Source of the DNA: Gaiellaceae bacterium
GTDB taxonomy: Bacteria > Actinomycetota > Thermoleophilia > Gaiellales > Gaiellaceae
DNA length: 64,000 nucleotides
Assembly: GCA_048594925.1 (NCBI GenBank)
Contig: JBMDXR010000077.1
Location: 48,315 to 112,314 of the forward strand
Reading direction: 5' to 3'
The notes under the pieces were generated by a model. That model searched no databases, was not told the origin of the DNA, and worked only from the letters and a program-made list of their open reading frames with translations. Shown here piece after piece: positions 63,291-64,000 of the stretch; the stretch's first letter is position 1, and each line of letters starts with the position of its first letter. Both the position numbers and the translations under genes were made by a program.

Positions 63291-64000
63291 GCCGAAGTCC
63301 GCTCCCGCACGTGCTCGACGAGCCTGCGCACGTTGTCGACCGGCGTCGCGGGGGTGAGCCCGTGGCCGACGTTGAAGACGTGCCCGGGACGGCCGGCCGC
63401 GCGCTCGAGGACGTCGTCGATCCGGAACCGGAGCTCGCGCCACGGAGCGAGCAGCGCCGCGGGGTCGAGATTGCCCTGGACCGGCCGCTCGAACCCGACC
63501 GTCTCCCAGGCCTCGTCGAGCGGCAGCATCCAGTCGAGCCCGACGACGTCGCCGCCACATGCGGCTGCATCCGAGAGGTACGCGCCCACACCCAGCGAGA
63601 AGTTGACGACGGGCACGCCGGCCACCGCGACCTTCGCGAAGAGCTCGCGGTTGTGCGGCGCGACGTACCGAAGGTAGTCCTCGCGAGCGAGCGCGCGTCC
63701 TGCCCACGAGTCGAACACCTGCAGCGCCTGGGCGCCCGCGGCCACCTGTGCGAGGAGATAATCGGCCTGCACGGTGACGAGCTTCCCGAGCAGCCGGTTC
63801 CACGCCGCCGGCTCGGTCAGCATGAAGGCCTTCGTCGTCGAGAAGTCCTTCGACGTGCCGCCCTCGACGGCGTAGCTCGCGAGCGTGAAGGGCGCGCCCG
63901 CGAAGCCGATGACGGGGATGCCGCGGGGCTCGAGCTCGGCGCAAACGATACGAATCGCGTCGAGCGTTGCCGACATAGTCTCCTCGGCCGGCGGCGCACC
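63287..64000 (-). CDS. hemE: uroporphyrinogen decarboxylase, 5'-truncated by the window edge
   Basis: The C-terminal two thirds of HemE are visible (PVIGFAGAPFTLASYAVEG, QVFDSWAG, VFNVGHG). The reading frame stays open upstream of the ORF-track Met at 63976 up to the window end. Confidence 0.9.
   Translation of the reverse strand, partial: GAPPAEETMSATLDAIRIVCAELEPRGIPVIGFAGAPFTLASYAVEGGTSKDFSTTKAFMLTEPAAWNRLLGKLVTVQADYLLAQVAAGAQALQVFDSWAGRALAREDYLRYVAPHNRELFAKVAVAGVPVVNFSLGVGAYLSDAAACGGDVVGLDWMLPLDEAWETVGFERPVQGNLDPAALLAPWRELRFRIDDVLERAAGRPGHVFNVGHGLTPATPVDNVRRLVEHVRERTSA

Overview
This is a very GC-rich window that is almost entirely coding. Codon usage looks Actinomycetota-like, but the taxon cannot be determined from sequence alone. 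I call 62 protein-coding genes. I recognise no rRNA, tRNA, CRISPR array, transposase or integrase.

Positions 1-59242 read as one very large cell-envelope glycan biosynthesis supercluster. It contains:
- a priming polyprenyl-phosphate sugar-phosphate transferase;
- 19 GT-A/GT-B-type glycosyltransferase-like genes, including tandem paralogues and one GT2-GT4 fusion;
- four GT-C-like polytopic membrane proteins and two Wzy_C/O-antigen-ligase-like proteins;
- a Wzz-like co-polymerase and a Wzm/Wzt ABC exporter whose ATPase carries a C-terminal extension;
- a PF03706-type flippase-like protein;
- nucleotide-sugar enzymes (gmd, UDP-glucuronate decarboxylase, two extended-SDR epimerases);
- six SAM methyltransferases, an ATP-grasp ligase, a PIG-L deacetylase, a PhyH-type dioxygenase and a cupin.

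Three parts seem most likely to be new biology:
1. A six-gene, translationally coupled operon (44570-50660). It combines a NeuB-family ulosonic-acid synthase and a CMP-sugar-type cytidylyltransferase with an SDR, an aldehyde dehydrogenase, a ketopantoate-reductase-like enzyme and an enolase-superfamily dehydratase. The canonical sialic/legionaminic/pseudaminic partner enzymes are absent.
2. A fused two-half transketolase coupled to an unclassifiable GT-B transferase, a methyltransferase and a large membrane-embedded spermidine-synthase-like protein (37887-44573).
3. Three tandem GT-A-like paralogues next to wzm/wzt, one with a degenerate active site (29262-32205).

The right end (59675-64000) is a heme operon, hemE (partial)-hemH-hemY-hemL. 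It runs through an orphan PIN-domain gene straight into the glycan genes.

Gene starts are very often GTG embedded in GTGA stop/start overlaps. Many ORF-track products are therefore 5' run-through extensions, which I trimmed. All functional calls rest on motif recognition by eye, not on database searches.
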